Source: Chamaesiphon sp. (GTDB lineage: Bacteria > Cyanobacteriota > Cyanobacteriia > Cyanobacteriales > Chamaesiphonaceae). Taken from it: DNA of 64,000 nt. Position numbers and translations under genes: made by a program. Positions within the stretch are counted from its first letter, which is position 1, and the number at the start of each line of letters is the position of its first letter. The stretch spans positions 320,001 through 384,000 of the forward strand of contig CBDFFH010000015.1 in NCBI GenBank assembly GCA_965246715.1. Reading direction: 5' to 3'. Shown here piece by piece: positions 32,309-42,480 of this stretch. Below the pieces are notes generated by a model. The model had not been told where the DNA came from, did not search any database, and worked only from the letters and a program-made list of their open reading frames with translations.

Positions 32309-34232
32309 GCTGATTCAATCGGGTTATGTCAATGCCGAACAGCTCAAACAAGCATTGGTTGATAGTCGAGCCAATAGCCATCCGCTCACGGACGTGCTGG
32401 AATCGATGACAGGCAAAACTTTGCCTGCCGAGTTACAGCATCAATACAAAAAACAACAGCTCTTTGAACTTAAGATTGTCTATGGGTTGAATGCGGTAGA
32501 TATTACGTCCGATCGAGTCAATAAGCTGCAAGTCGGTCAATTAATTAAAACTTTTATTTCGGTTGATAGTTGTCGGCAACTTAAATTATTACCGATCGGC
32601 AAAACAGATGGCGATCCGCCGATCCTGACTGTGGCGATGATCGACCCAGCGAATCTTCAAGTTAAAAACGATTTAGATAAGATTCTCCGGCCGCATGGGA
32701 TCGCTTGGCGGAGTGAAGTCATCGCTCCAGAAGATTATCAAAAACTCCTCGATGGTTACTTGGACGAACGCATCCAGCAGGATGAAGACGATAATTCCAA
32801 AAAAAATCTCAATATCGAACTCGAGAATTTTGATACGCCTGAGTTAGGTAATGCTGAAGAGGAGATGAACGACGAGATCGACGTTCAAGGTGCAGAAGCT
32901 GCTCCCGTCGTCAAGTTGGTCAACCAAATCCTCGCTAAAGGCTTGGTCGAAAAAGTTTCGGATATCCACATCGAGCCGCAAGAAGAAGGCTTGAGAATTC
33001 GCTTCCGCAAGGATGGGGTATTACGCGAAGCTTTCCCCATGTTGCCGAAACATATTATTCCCGCTGTCATCTCCCGCTTCAAAATTATTGCTGAGTTGGA
33101 TATTGCCGAGCGGCGATTGCCGCAAGATGGCCGGATCCGGCGTACATTTGAAGGTCGCAAAGTAGACTTTCGGATGAGTACGCTGCCCAGTCGGTACGGG
33201 GAAAAAGTCTGTATGCGGATCTTGGATAACTCTTCTACTCAGCTGGGTTTGGATAAATTAATCAGCGATCTGCCGACACTCCAACTCGTTCGCGACATGG
33301 GGAGCCGTCCGTTTGGCTTGATTTTGGTCACGGGGCCGACTGGTTCGGGTAAGTCTACCACTCTCTATTCACTCCTGGCCGAACGTAACGATCCGGGCGT
33401 GAATATCAGTACTGCCGAAGACCCGATCGAATATGCCCTGCCAGGTATCAATCAGGTGCAGGTAATTCGAGAAAAAGGGATGAACTTCGCTTCGATCCTC
33501 CGCGCCTTTATGCGGCAAGATCCCGACATTATCCTCGTTGGTGAGACTCGCGACCAAGAGACGGCCAAAACATCGATGGAAGCCGCACTCACCGGTCACA
33601 TGGTCATGACCACTTTACACACTAACGACGCGGCAGGATCGATCGCGAGGCTTGATGAAATGGGCGTAGAACCATTCATGGTCTCTGCCGCACTGATCGG
33701 TGTCGTCGCCCAACGGCTGCTCCGCCGAGTGTGTGTGGAATGTCGTCACCCTTATACGCCTAGCCGAGAAGAACTAGCTCGTTTCGGTCTATCGGCTTCT
33801 GGCGAGAGTGTCATCACCTTCTACAAAGCTAATGACTTGACAATCGAGGCGATCGAATCTGCCAAAGCTGAAGGACGACTTTGTAAAAACTGCAATGGGG
33901 TCGGTTATCGCGGGCGGATTGGGGTCTATGAGGTCATGCAAGTTACCGATGAGCTAGCCACTCTCATCAATCAACGGGCACCCTCCGCCATCATCAAGGA
34001 AACCGCAGTGCAACAGGGAATGAAAACACTCCTGGCCTACAGTTTGCAGATGGTTCAAGAGGGGCATACCACGCTCACCGAGGTAGAGCGAGTCACTTTC
34101 ACCGACTCCGGTTTGGAAGCCGAACTCAAAGCCAAACGCAAAACCACGCTCACCTGCGGCACCTGTAGCGCCGAACTCAAACCCGAATGGCTCGATTGTC
34201 CCTACTGCATGACTCCGAGGTTTAGTGAATAG
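32241..34232 (+). CDS. pilB: Type IV pilus assembly ATPase PilB
   Basis: SDIHIEP, RLPQDGR, GPTGSGKST, EDPIEY, RQDPDIILVGE; cyanobacterial C-terminal CxxC...CPYC. Confidence 0.96.
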   Translation: MTQSSFPKRALIVRNDFSPFGNKLIQSGYVNAEQLKQALVDSRANSHPLTDVLESMTGKTLPAELQHQYKKQQLFELKIVYGLNAVDITSDRVNKLQVGQLIKTFISVDSCRQLKLLPIGKTDGDPPILTVAMIDPANLQVKNDLDKILRPHGIAWRSEVIAPEDYQKLLDGYLDERIQQDEDDNSKKNLNIELENFDTPELGNAEEEMNDEIDVQGAEAAPVVKLVNQILAKGLVEKVSDIHIEPQEEGLRIRFRKDGVLREAFPMLPKHIIPAVISRFKIIAELDIAERRLPQDGRIRRTFEGRKVDFRMSTLPSRYGEKVCMRILDNSSTQLGLDKLISDLPTLQLVRDMGSRPFGLILVTGPTGSGKSTTLYSLLAERNDPGVNISTAEDPIEYALPGINQVQVIREKGMNFASILRAFMRQDPDIILVGETRDQETAKTSMEAALTGHMVMTTLHTNDAAGSIARLDEMGVEPFMVSAALIGVVAQRLLRRVCVECRHPYTPSREELARFGLSASGESVITFYKANDLTIEAIESAKAEGRLCKNCNGVGYRGRIGVYEVMQVTDELATLINQRAPSAIIKETAVQQGMKTLLAYSLQMVQEGHTTLTEVERVTFTDSGLEAELKAKRKTTLTCGTCSAELKPEWLDCPYCMTPRFSE

Positions 34233-34325
34233 CGAACAGTGAATGAACAAAATTCACTAGCACGCTTCAAATTTCCTAATTCCTAATTCCTAATCCTTAA
34301 CCCCTACCCCCTATTCCCTAAACTT

Positions 34326-35429
34326 ATGTCTGACTTAATGATCGAAGACCTGATGGAGCAACTCGTTGAGATGGGCGGCTCCGACATGCACATCCAGGCA
34401 GGGGCACCCGTCTACTTTCGAGTTAGCGGTAAACTCGCACCGATCGGTGAAGAACCGCTTAGCCCTCAAGATTGCCAAAAGCTGATCTTCAGTATGCTCA
34501 ATAATACTCAGCGGAAGGAACTAGAGCAAACTTGGGAAATCGATTGCTCTTATGGTGTGAAAGGGTTGGCTCGCTTTCGGGTCAATGTTTATAAAGAACG
34601 CGGTTGTTATGCTGCTTGTTTGCGGGCATTATCTTCCAAAATTCCGAACTTCGATCAAATGGGCTTGCCAGAAATCGTTAGGGAAATGAGCGGTCGGCCT
34701 CGGGGCTTGATTCTCGTTACCGGCCCGACGGGTTCTGGTAAAACTACCACGATGGCAGCGATGATCGACTTAATCAATCGGACGCGGGGCGAGCATATCC
34801 TGACGATCGAAGACCCGATCGAGTATGTTTTTTCCAACGTCAAAAGCCTGATTCACCAGCGTCAAAAAGGTGAAGATACTAAAAGTTTTTCTAATGCGCT
34901 CAGAGCAGCTTTGCGCGAAGATCCAGACGTGATTCTGGTGGGAGAATTGCGGGACTTAGAAACTATCAGTTTAGCAATTAGTGCTGCCGAAACCGGGCAC
35001 TTAGTTATGGGCACGCTCCATACCAGCTCTGCCGCTCAGACGATCGATCGGATGTTAGACGTTTTCCCTCCCGAACAACAACCGCAAATCCGCGCCCAGT
35101 TGTCTAATTCGCTAGTTGCGGTCTTCAGTCAGGCTCTCGTCCAAAAGAGAAAACCCAAGCCAGGTGAATACGGACGAGTGCTAGTTCAGGAAATCATGAT
35201 CGTCACACCCGCGATCTCTAACCTGATTCGGGAAGGTAAAAGCGCCCAAATCTATAGTGCGATTCAAACCGGAGCAAAATTAGGGATGAATACGATGGAA
35301 TCGATTCTTGCCAAACATATTCGCGAGGGCACGATTTCCTTTGAGGTTGGTGTCTCCAAGTCTTCCAGACCAGACGAACTCCAACGTTTGATCGGTGCTA
35401 CCCCAATGGCACCAACAAATGGACGGTAA
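34326..35429 (+). CDS. pilT: Type IV pilus retraction ATPase PilT
   Basis: GSDMH, GPTGSGKTTT, ALREDPDVILVGE, AISNLIRE. Confidence 0.96.
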   Translation: MSDLMIEDLMEQLVEMGGSDMHIQAGAPVYFRVSGKLAPIGEEPLSPQDCQKLIFSMLNNTQRKELEQTWEIDCSYGVKGLARFRVNVYKERGCYAACLRALSSKIPNFDQMGLPEIVREMSGRPRGLILVTGPTGSGKTTTMAAMIDLINRTRGEHILTIEDPIEYVFSNVKSLIHQRQKGEDTKSFSNALRAALREDPDVILVGELRDLETISLAISAAETGHLVMGTLHTSSAAQTIDRMLDVFPPEQQPQIRAQLSNSLVAVFSQALVQKRKPKPGEYGRVLVQEIMIVTPAISNLIREGKSAQIYSAIQTGAKLGMNTMESILAKHIREGTISFEVGVSKSSRPDELQRLIGATPMAPTNGR

Positions 35430-35461
35430 GAGATAGGGGCTATGGGAAAGGGGAGATAACC

Positions 35462-35489
35462 ATTCACTATTCACTATTCACTATTCACT
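35462..35489. repeat. STRR-type heptamer (ATTCACT)x4
   Basis: attcact repeated four times between pilT and pilC; (TAGCCAC)x3 also near 22325-22345. Confidence 0.75.
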
Positions 35490-35500
35490 AAAAAACTATT

Positions 35501-36727
35501 ATGCCAACTTTTATAGCTGAAGTCCGCGACGCTCAGGGTAATACCAAGCAAGAAAAAGTCGATGCGCAAACAGTAGATTCGGCCCGCAAACAGCTCAAGA
35601 AAAAATATCAATTCATTCAAAATATTCGACCCGTTCGTTCTTTTGATGTCACCAAGATCGATTTCCAAGACATCGAAGCAGCCATGAATCCGGTGACGAT
35701 TAGGGATAAAGCGGTGTTCTCCCGCCAATTTGCTGCGATGGTAAATGCTGGAGTCGCCATGGTGCGATGCTTGACTGTCCTCTCGGAGCAGTGTGGTAAT
35801 CCTAGACTGCGGAAAGTACTCAGTCAAGTCAGTGTCGATGTTCAGCAAGGGATTAACCTCTCCGATGCGATGCGTCGTCACCCAGAATGTTTTGACATGC
35901 TGTATGTCAGTATGGTGCAAGCTGGTGAAGTGGGTGGGGTGCTCGATGAAGTGCTCAATCGGTTAGCTAAAGTCCTCGAGGATATGTCGCGCCTCAAAAA
36001 CCAAGTCAAAGGAGCAATGGCTTATCCCGTTGCTGTCGGGATTTTAGCAATTTTAGTCTTCTTAGGGATGACGATCTTCTTAATTCCAGTTTTTGCAAAT
36101 ATTTTCACAGGATTGGGAACGGAGTTACCTGGCTTAACCTTGTTTATGTTGGGTGTCAGTCGTGTCTTGACTAGCTGGATGGCAATCATTCCAGTCATTA
36201 CGATCGGTGGGTTGATATTTGCTTATAATCAGTATTACAAAACCCCGATCGGTAAGCTGACAATGGATCGGTTCTTCCTCAAAATGCCGATTTTGGGGGA
36301 CTTAAATGAAAAATCCGCTACCGCACGGTTCTGTCGAATTTTTGGGACGCTCACGCGATCGGGGGTACCGATTTTAAACTCGCTGGATATCGTGCGCGAT
36401 ACAGCCGGTAATCAAGTAATTGCTAATGCGATCGAGAAATCTAAACTAGAAGTCCAGCAAGGTGGGATGTTAAGTAATGCGCTGATGCGCGAAAAAGCCT
36501 TTCCACCATTGGCAATTCAAATGATCAGTATCGGCGAAGAAACTGGAGAACTAGATACGATGATGATGAAAGTTGCTGACTTCTATGAAGATGAAGTCGA
36601 ACAAGCCGTCAAAGCCCTCACCAGTATCATCGAACCGATTATGATGGTGTTTCTTGCGGGGATGGTAGCGGTAATTCTGCTATCGATGTATCTCCCAATG
36701 TTCAAAGTATTCGAGAAACTTGGATAG
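35501..36727 (+). CDS. pilC: Type IV pilus inner-membrane platform protein PilC
   Basis: FSRQFAAM, AGEVGGVLD, IGEETGELD, IIEP. Confidence 0.95.
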   Translation: MPTFIAEVRDAQGNTKQEKVDAQTVDSARKQLKKKYQFIQNIRPVRSFDVTKIDFQDIEAAMNPVTIRDKAVFSRQFAAMVNAGVAMVRCLTVLSEQCGNPRLRKVLSQVSVDVQQGINLSDAMRRHPECFDMLYVSMVQAGEVGGVLDEVLNRLAKVLEDMSRLKNQVKGAMAYPVAVGILAILVFLGMTIFLIPVFANIFTGLGTELPGLTLFMLGVSRVLTSWMAIIPVITIGGLIFAYNQYYKTPIGKLTMDRFFLKMPILGDLNEKSATARFCRIFGTLTRSGVPILNSLDIVRDTAGNQVIANAIEKSKLEVQQGGMLSNALMREKAFPPLAIQMISIGEETGELDTMMMKVADFYEDEVEQAVKALTSIIEPIMMVFLAGMVAVILLSMYLPMFKVFEKLG

Positions 36728-36740
36728 TCGATTTCAAATC

Positions 36741-36784
36741 TAAATTAGATAAAAAGGGGCTTAAGCCCCTTTTTATCTAATTTA
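36741..36784. terminator. 44-bp perfect palindrome, terminator-like, after pilC
   Basis: TAAATTAGATAAAAAGGGGCTT/AAGCCCCTTTTTATCTAATTTA. Confidence 0.75.
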
Positions 36785-36844
36785 TAGATCGCGGTCGTCT
36801 AAATATTAATGTGAGTCAGTAGTCCATAATTCCTAATTTTTACC

Positions 36845-37438
36845 GTGTCTATTCAGCCATCAGACTACGAAGAACTTTTAGCTCGATACAGTCATCACAC
36901 TGAGGCGATCGAATTACTCAAGCAGTATCGTCCATACCTGGAGATGATTCCCAGCATCCGCCGATCGGAGGAAAGTTTGATTACAATGCCCTTACCAGTA
37001 GTTAAACTGCGCAAGGTAATTATCGGTCAAAAAATCAATGAATTATCGCCGATTACTGCCACATCTAAAACGATTTTACTACCATGCGATCTTGCCTATC
37101 TCATGTGCGATCCTGAGTGGAAAATTAAGATGGGTGGCGAAATTTTTATCTTCATTCAGCGCCCCGAAGAAGATCTCTCAGATCTACTTAGTCGCTGGCG
37201 ACAGACTCAGATATTATTAGACCATGATTATGAATGGGTAATGCCGCAATATTATCGGCATATCATCAGTGAAGGTGCCGAGCATCTTTATCCATTATTC
37301 GTGTTATTTAGTCAGACCGAAGAACGCATCAGGCAAGGACTGATCGGAGCACACTTACCATTTACAACCGCAATAGATCGGCCACAAGATCGATCCGAAC
37401 TAATTGCTCCTCAGGATAACGAGCGAGCGGATTGTTAA
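36845..37438 (+). CDS. Hypothetical protein
   Basis: 197-aa ORF filling the gap between pilC and the convergent RibD-like gene; no recognised motif. Confidence 0.75.
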   Translation: MSIQPSDYEELLARYSHHTEAIELLKQYRPYLEMIPSIRRSEESLITMPLPVVKLRKVIIGQKINELSPITATSKTILLPCDLAYLMCDPEWKIKMGGEIFIFIQRPEEDLSDLLSRWRQTQILLDHDYEWVMPQYYRHIISEGAEHLYPLFVLFSQTEERIRQGLIGAHLPFTTAIDRPQDRSELIAPQDNERADC

Positions 37439-37479
37439 TGCGATCGGGTAAATCTATTCATGGCCGCTAAACATCGAGA

Positions 37480-38148
37480 TTAAACTTTGACTTTGTAATG
37501 TAAAAACAACTCTTGCTCGACGCGATCGACACTTAATAATTCTAATCTCGGCGCTAATTCTGGTGTAAATCCACCACCAGATACGGGACTTGGTGCGCTA
37601 CTTCCGCCATAAATAAATGGGCAAACAGTCAACCACAACTCATCGATAAAATTAGCCGCAAATAAACTAGCAGCTAATTCCGAACCGCCCAAAAAACAGA
37701 TAGTTTGAATCCCTAATGCTGTCAACTGACTAGTTACAGCTTGCCAATCGATATCCTCATCGGGAGTTTCGCAGACTAACACGCGATCGAATTTACTCAG
37801 ATCTTCCCAATCGGTAGCGCCGTTTTTAGTCGTTATCAACCAGCGCGAAATCGGTTGACTAAAGAATGTTGCTGCTCGATCGAGTTTACCAGTGCGCGAA
37901 CAGACGATTTGAATCGGTTGTGGTGCCTGTCCGCGATTGGTTCTAGCTTGAATCAATTCCGGTTTAGCTACTAGCACTGTTTCACCCCCATCCTTGAGGG
38001 TACCGCTACCGACGAGAATTGCATCCGCTGCCGCCATTTGCTCCTCTAGATGAGCATAATCGCGTTTCGAGCCGAATGTTGGGGGTGACTTCCGCGCATC
38101 AGAAATCTTCCCATCCGCTGTCATTGCTAGCACTAAAGTTGTCTTCAT
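37480..38148 (-). CDS. RibD C-terminal (reductase-like) domain protein
   Basis: AMTADGKI, DAILVGSGT, GGSELA, IDELWLTVCP...GG. Confidence 0.85.
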   Translation of the reverse strand: MKTTLVLAMTADGKISDARKSPPTFGSKRDYAHLEEQMAAADAILVGSGTLKDGGETVLVAKPELIQARTNRGQAPQPIQIVCSRTGKLDRAATFFSQPISRWLITTKNGATDWEDLSKFDRVLVCETPDEDIDWQAVTSQLTALGIQTICFLGGSELAASLFAANFIDELWLTVCPFIYGGSSAPSPVSGGGFTPELAPRLELLSVDRVEQELFLHYKVKV

Positions 38149-38202
38149 CGAGTTATTCGAGCAGCGCTCCGCCAGAGATACATTTCAACTCCTGCTAGCC
38201 AC

Positions 38203-39174
38203 TTAATATAATCTCTTCAACACGTAATCTGCCATCTCAACCAATGCTTGGAGCGAAGCCGAGTCGGGTAAATCGGTCAGTTGGGCGACAGCAAGTTGAG
38301 CGTGATGCTGCGCTAGCGCGCGAGATTTGGCAATACCTTCACTCTCATGTACCAAGCTTAAAGCCTTCTCTAAATCGGAGATATCCTCAAATTCAGTGGC
38401 GATTAGCTCGGTTAGTTGGGGATATTCCTGGAGCGCATACAATGTTGGTGCGGTTAAATTCCCACTAGCTAAATCGGAGCCAGCAGGTTTACCGAGGACT
38501 TCAGCCGATGCGGTAAAATCGAGAATATCATCGACAATTTGGAAAGCTAAGCCTAAATTTCGCCCGTACAGATACAGTTTTTCGCAGGTTTCGGCAGACA
38601 CTTCGCTGAGTTTGCCAGCAGCTTTGGCGCTATTTGCCAGCAAAGAGGCTGTTTTATAATAACTCTTCTCTAAATAAGCTTCGATCGAGAAATCCGTCTC
38701 AAAGGCATTCAACCCTTGCTGAATTTCGCCTTCAGCTAAGTCCATAATCACCTGTGACAGTAGTTTCACTACTTCGAGGTTATCGAGATTGGCTAGATAC
38801 CAAGAGGACTGAGCAAACAAAAAATCGCCAGCTAATACAGCAACTCGATTGTCGAATAAGCTATGAACGGTCGGTACACCCCTACGAGTATCAGCGGTAT
38901 CTACCACATCATCATGTACTAGGCTCGCCGTATGGATCATCTCGGTAATTTCGGCAAGTCGGCGGTGACGCGGGGTCAAATCTTCCCCAGGTAGCGTCGC
39001 TCGGGCGATTAGCAGGACGATGGCTGGGCGCAAACGTTTTCCCCCAGCCCCAAAAAGGTGTTCGGCTGCTGCGTATAAAATTGGGTGACGGGCACCGACG
39101 AGATTTTTGAGGTTCTCCGTCAAAACTACCAAGTCAGCTTCAACAGGGGCAAATAGGGATTTCACTGAGGTCAT
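38203..39174 (-). CDS. sds: Solanesyl diphosphate synthase
   Basis: GGKRLRP, LVHDDVVD, KTASL, FQIVDDILD. Confidence 0.92.
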   Translation of the reverse strand: MTSVKSLFAPVEADLVVLTENLKNLVGARHPILYAAAEHLFGAGGKRLRPAIVLLIARATLPGEDLTPRHRRLAEITEMIHTASLVHDDVVDTADTRRGVPTVHSLFDNRVAVLAGDFLFAQSSWYLANLDNLEVVKLLSQVIMDLAEGEIQQGLNAFETDFSIEAYLEKSYYKTASLLANSAKAAGKLSEVSAETCEKLYLYGRNLGLAFQIVDDILDFTASAEVLGKPAGSDLASGNLTAPTLYALQEYPQLTELIATEFEDISDLEKALSLVHESEGIAKSRALAQHHAQLAVAQLTDLPDSASLQALVEMADYVLKRLY

Positions 39175-39388
39175 CGATCGGGCGGCTCAGAGGGTGAGTT
39201 TACGAAAGTTTACATACATTCTAAGCTATTTTCGCTCTGGAGTGGGAATTTACGCCGATCGGCAGATGTAGACTCTGGTTGGGCGGATGGAAGAGAGATG
39301 AGAAAGGGGAAAGAGGAGACGAGGGCGGTAATCGTAGTAAATCGGATCTTAGATTGTTAACGCCCCGATCTTACGATCGGGAGTCGAT

Positions 39389-40225
39389 CTAAACCGCCAT
39401 CGTTAACACAACTTGTTCGACTAAAGATTTAGCTGACAGCCATTGAGCGGCTAGCTCGGCAAACTGCTCGGGGTCACCACTAACTGTAAATCTTGTTGGC
39501 AAAGCTCTGCCGTAGTGTTGAAGCCCTAATAGTTTGAGTTCGTTGGCCGCAGCGGCGACGACGTTGACGGCAGGGTTGATAAATCTGACGCTGTGGGGCA
39601 CAAATTGGCGCAACACGGGTTCTAGATGTGGATAGTGAGTACAACCGTAGACTAAGGTATCGACCGATCGATCCAAGAGTGGTTGCAGATATTCTTTGGC
39701 AATAGCTAAAGTATAAGGCTCGGTTAAGCGATTGCTCTCGATTAACGGCACGAACTCAGGACAAGCTACTTGCCAAACTTGGGTGCGCGGATTTGCTTCC
39801 CTAATCGCTAACAGATAAGCATTACTGTTGACAGTCGCGGGCGTAGCAATCACACCGATCCTCCGCCCTTGAAGTGCAGCGGCTCTGGCTCCCGGTAAAA
39901 TTACACCTAAAATCGGGAAATCATATTCACCGCGAACGGCTTCTAGTGCTAGCGCCGAACTGGTATTACAGGCCATTATTGCCATCTTAACCCGATTTTG
40001 ACCCATCCAATTGAGGGTTTCGCGAGTAAATGTTAAAATCTCTGCCGCACTGCGGTTGCCATAAGGTACTCTAGCCGTATCTCCAAAGTACAACACGGAC
40101 TCGTTCGGCAATTGCCGATAGATTTCCTGCAAGACTGTCAATCCCCCCACGCCACTGTCAAATACGCCTATTCTCGCAACTTCGTCTGACTGACCGTGTT
40201 GACTGGGGATGAATCTGTCTTGCAT
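39389..40225 (-). CDS. murI: Glutamate racemase
   Basis: FDSGVGGLTV, ACNTSS, GCTHYP. Confidence 0.96.
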   Translation of the reverse strand: MQDRFIPSQHGQSDEVARIGVFDSGVGGLTVLQEIYRQLPNESVLYFGDTARVPYGNRSAAEILTFTRETLNWMGQNRVKMAIMACNTSSALALEAVRGEYDFPILGVILPGARAAALQGRRIGVIATPATVNSNAYLLAIREANPRTQVWQVACPEFVPLIESNRLTEPYTLAIAKEYLQPLLDRSVDTLVYGCTHYPHLEPVLRQFVPHSVRFINPAVNVVAAAANELKLLGLQHYGRALPTRFTVSGDPEQFAELAAQWLSAKSLVEQVVLTMAV

Positions 40226-40293
40226 ATACCAAAGAAAAAGTCGCGTAAGTAGTGTGGATAGTTGGTGCAGACTCTCCGTTGGGAGAATCTAAC

Positions 40294-41781
40294 TTAGTTA
40301 TGCTCCTTGACGTATTGGACGATCCCTTTGGCAATGGCTTCGGCCATTACTTTTTGATAATCATCGCGACGCAGCCGTGAGGACTCAGCTTCGCTAGTCA
40401 GATAACCAGTTTCGACTAGAATAGCGGGGATGGCGGATTTTCGCAAGACCAGAAACCGAGCAGATCGCACATTTCGATTGGCGATATAAAACCCGTTCTT
40501 GTTGACGTAATCTACCACGACACTATGAACGGTATCGGCGAAGGATTTGCCGAGATTGTAATGATATGTTTCTAGCCCATTCACGTCAGGGCGATTGTCG
40601 ATCGAGTTGGCATGGATGCTCACAAATAGCGTTGCCCCGGCATCGCGAGACATGGTGACCCGTTCGTCTAGCCCGACAAAATAGTCGCTGTTGCGCGTCA
40701 TTTTCACGGCAATTCCTTGCTTTTCTAACAGCTCGGCCACCCGCTTAGCCACTGGTAAAATTACATCGACCTCGCGCAGTCCACCCAAACCAATCGCACC
40801 TGGGTCTTTGCCTCCATGTCCGGGATCGAGCATGACGAGGACTCGCCCATTATTACTTCTAATCGATGGGGTCGAAGTATCTTGCTTGACTGCGGGACGG
40901 CTCACTGTGGGTCTAGAGACTGGGATCGTTACTTCGGTGGGACGGCTGGCGATCTGCACACTCCCAGCAGCAGGCTGTAAATACACCCAGCGATTGTCGA
41001 GATATTGGCGCACGATATCCGCTTTTACGCCATCAGCCCTACGGACGATGACATATACGTCATTACCTTGAGTGCCAACGGTGAGATAACGCTTGGATTC
41101 AGTCGGAACTTGATATTTATCGGTCAGTCTGGCATTAGGGATTGTAATCCGATAACTTCCGGCTCGCTCATCCCAGATCGTAGTGTACTTGAGCTGAGTC
41201 CTACTCTGGCGATCGGCTTGTACTAAAATTCCCGTGCGGGTCGGATCGATCGCAATATAATTAATCGGCGCGGCACTAGAGTTATTGACTACAACTACTT
41301 TTGGGCGCGCGGGTTGGGCGACGACGATCTGACCGCTCTCATTAAAGACAGCCACAGGGCCGATTGGCGCACCGCGTGGAAAAGATTTGAGCGATTGGGG
41401 TGTCGGAATTTGCACCGACCACTGTTGGGAATTAGTGGCTTGGATTAAGATCTGTTGAGGATCGAGCGCATAGTCAGGGTCGAGTTCTAATACCATTCTT
41501 GCGCGATCGGAATCGACTTGACCCACCCGCAACGATCTGAGACCGTTACTGAGTGTTTGGGATGAAGTAGGCTGCTTGAGCTTGGTATCGGGGAGATCGA
41601 CGATCAATCTACTGGGGTTAGCCAGAATTTGGGCTTCGGGTTTGACCGCTGCACTAGTATTAAAATCAATGCGATTTTCTACAGCGTTAAACTGCCACGA
41701 CAGAATTTCTGCCGCTGTGGCGGGCAGTTGCGATACCATCGCGAAACTAACAACACTGGGTAATAACCAGTTATATCTCAC
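40294..41781 (-). CDS. amiC: N-acetylmuramoyl-L-alanine amidase (AMIN + Amidase_3)
   Basis: Signal peptide, AMIN domain (RLIVDLP), LDPGHGGKDPGA, SIHANS, ILVETGY. Confidence 0.92.
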   Translation of the reverse strand: MRYNWLLPSVVSFAMVSQLPATAAEILSWQFNAVENRIDFNTSAAVKPEAQILANPSRLIVDLPDTKLKQPTSSQTLSNGLRSLRVGQVDSDRARMVLELDPDYALDPQQILIQATNSQQWSVQIPTPQSLKSFPRGAPIGPVAVFNESGQIVVAQPARPKVVVVNNSSAAPINYIAIDPTRTGILVQADRQSRTQLKYTTIWDERAGSYRITIPNARLTDKYQVPTESKRYLTVGTQGNDVYVIVRRADGVKADIVRQYLDNRWVYLQPAAGSVQIASRPTEVTIPVSRPTVSRPAVKQDTSTPSIRSNNGRVLVMLDPGHGGKDPGAIGLGGLREVDVILPVAKRVAELLEKQGIAVKMTRNSDYFVGLDERVTMSRDAGATLFVSIHANSIDNRPDVNGLETYHYNLGKSFADTVHSVVVDYVNKNGFYIANRNVRSARFLVLRKSAIPAILVETGYLTSEAESSRLRRDDYQKVMAEAIAKGIVQYVKEHN

Positions 41782-41805
41782 AATCCTTACTCCTAATGAT
41801 GGGAA

Positions 41806-42249
41806 TTACCTGGGTGAATTCGTCGGTCGTGGGGACAGCGTCGGCAAGGTTGTCGAGCCGCGTTCGGGAACTGGGATATTCACGTACCAATCGATCGGAT
41901 TTTCACCTGTAAACTGCACGCGTTTGGGATTGAGCGTATATCCTGGTTGTAGTTCTAGGACTAGTCTAGCAGTACCCCCGTCAAACTGACCTACTCGTAA
42001 TGACCTAAAATTGCCAGTTAATTTTTGGGTGATTGTCGATTTAGGAAAGCTAATACCAGGGAGGTCGATCACCAACCTTGTGGGATTAAATAACAGTACT
42101 GCTTTAGGTTGGACTCCCGCATCAGTCTTAAAATCTAGTCTATTCTTAGTCGGATCGAATTTCCACGATGCTAATTGACCTGCATCGGCAGGAATGGCTA
42201 GCAAGCCGAAACTAAAGACACTAATGAGTAATAGCCGAAATCTCTGCAT
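41806..42249 (-). CDS. Secreted AMIN-domain-only protein
   Basis: Signal peptide MQRFRLLLISVFSFGLLAIPADA; NPTRLVIDLPG, LRVGQFD..TARLVLEL; stops after the AMIN domain. Confidence 0.82.
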   Translation of the reverse strand: MQRFRLLLISVFSFGLLAIPADAGQLASWKFDPTKNRLDFKTDAGVQPKAVLLFNPTRLVIDLPGISFPKSTITQKLTGNFRSLRVGQFDGGTARLVLELQPGYTLNPKRVQFTGENPIDWYVNIPVPERGSTTLPTLSPRPTNSPR

Positions 42250-42480
42250 ATGCGATCCTTTAACGGTGGACTCGTTGGCGGAGCCTCTCCCCCAGAGAGT
42301 CGCCAGTAGCCGCTCGATCTGGCCTGGGGTAATTGCTTGCATTGTTTGACGACAAGAATAACGTGGGGAATTATCTTGCATAAAAGAACCGATTACTGGC
42401 ATTTATCTTAGATGAACTTAGATATCAGATTGTTTCTGTTTACTGCTAAAGATAAACATTTTGGGACTCTGTGGTAAGAT

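Noticed and set aside
42250..42402. 51-residue N-terminal extension of the AMIN ORF
   Set aside because: The signal peptide begins at ATG 42249, and the extension crosses a dispersed repeat
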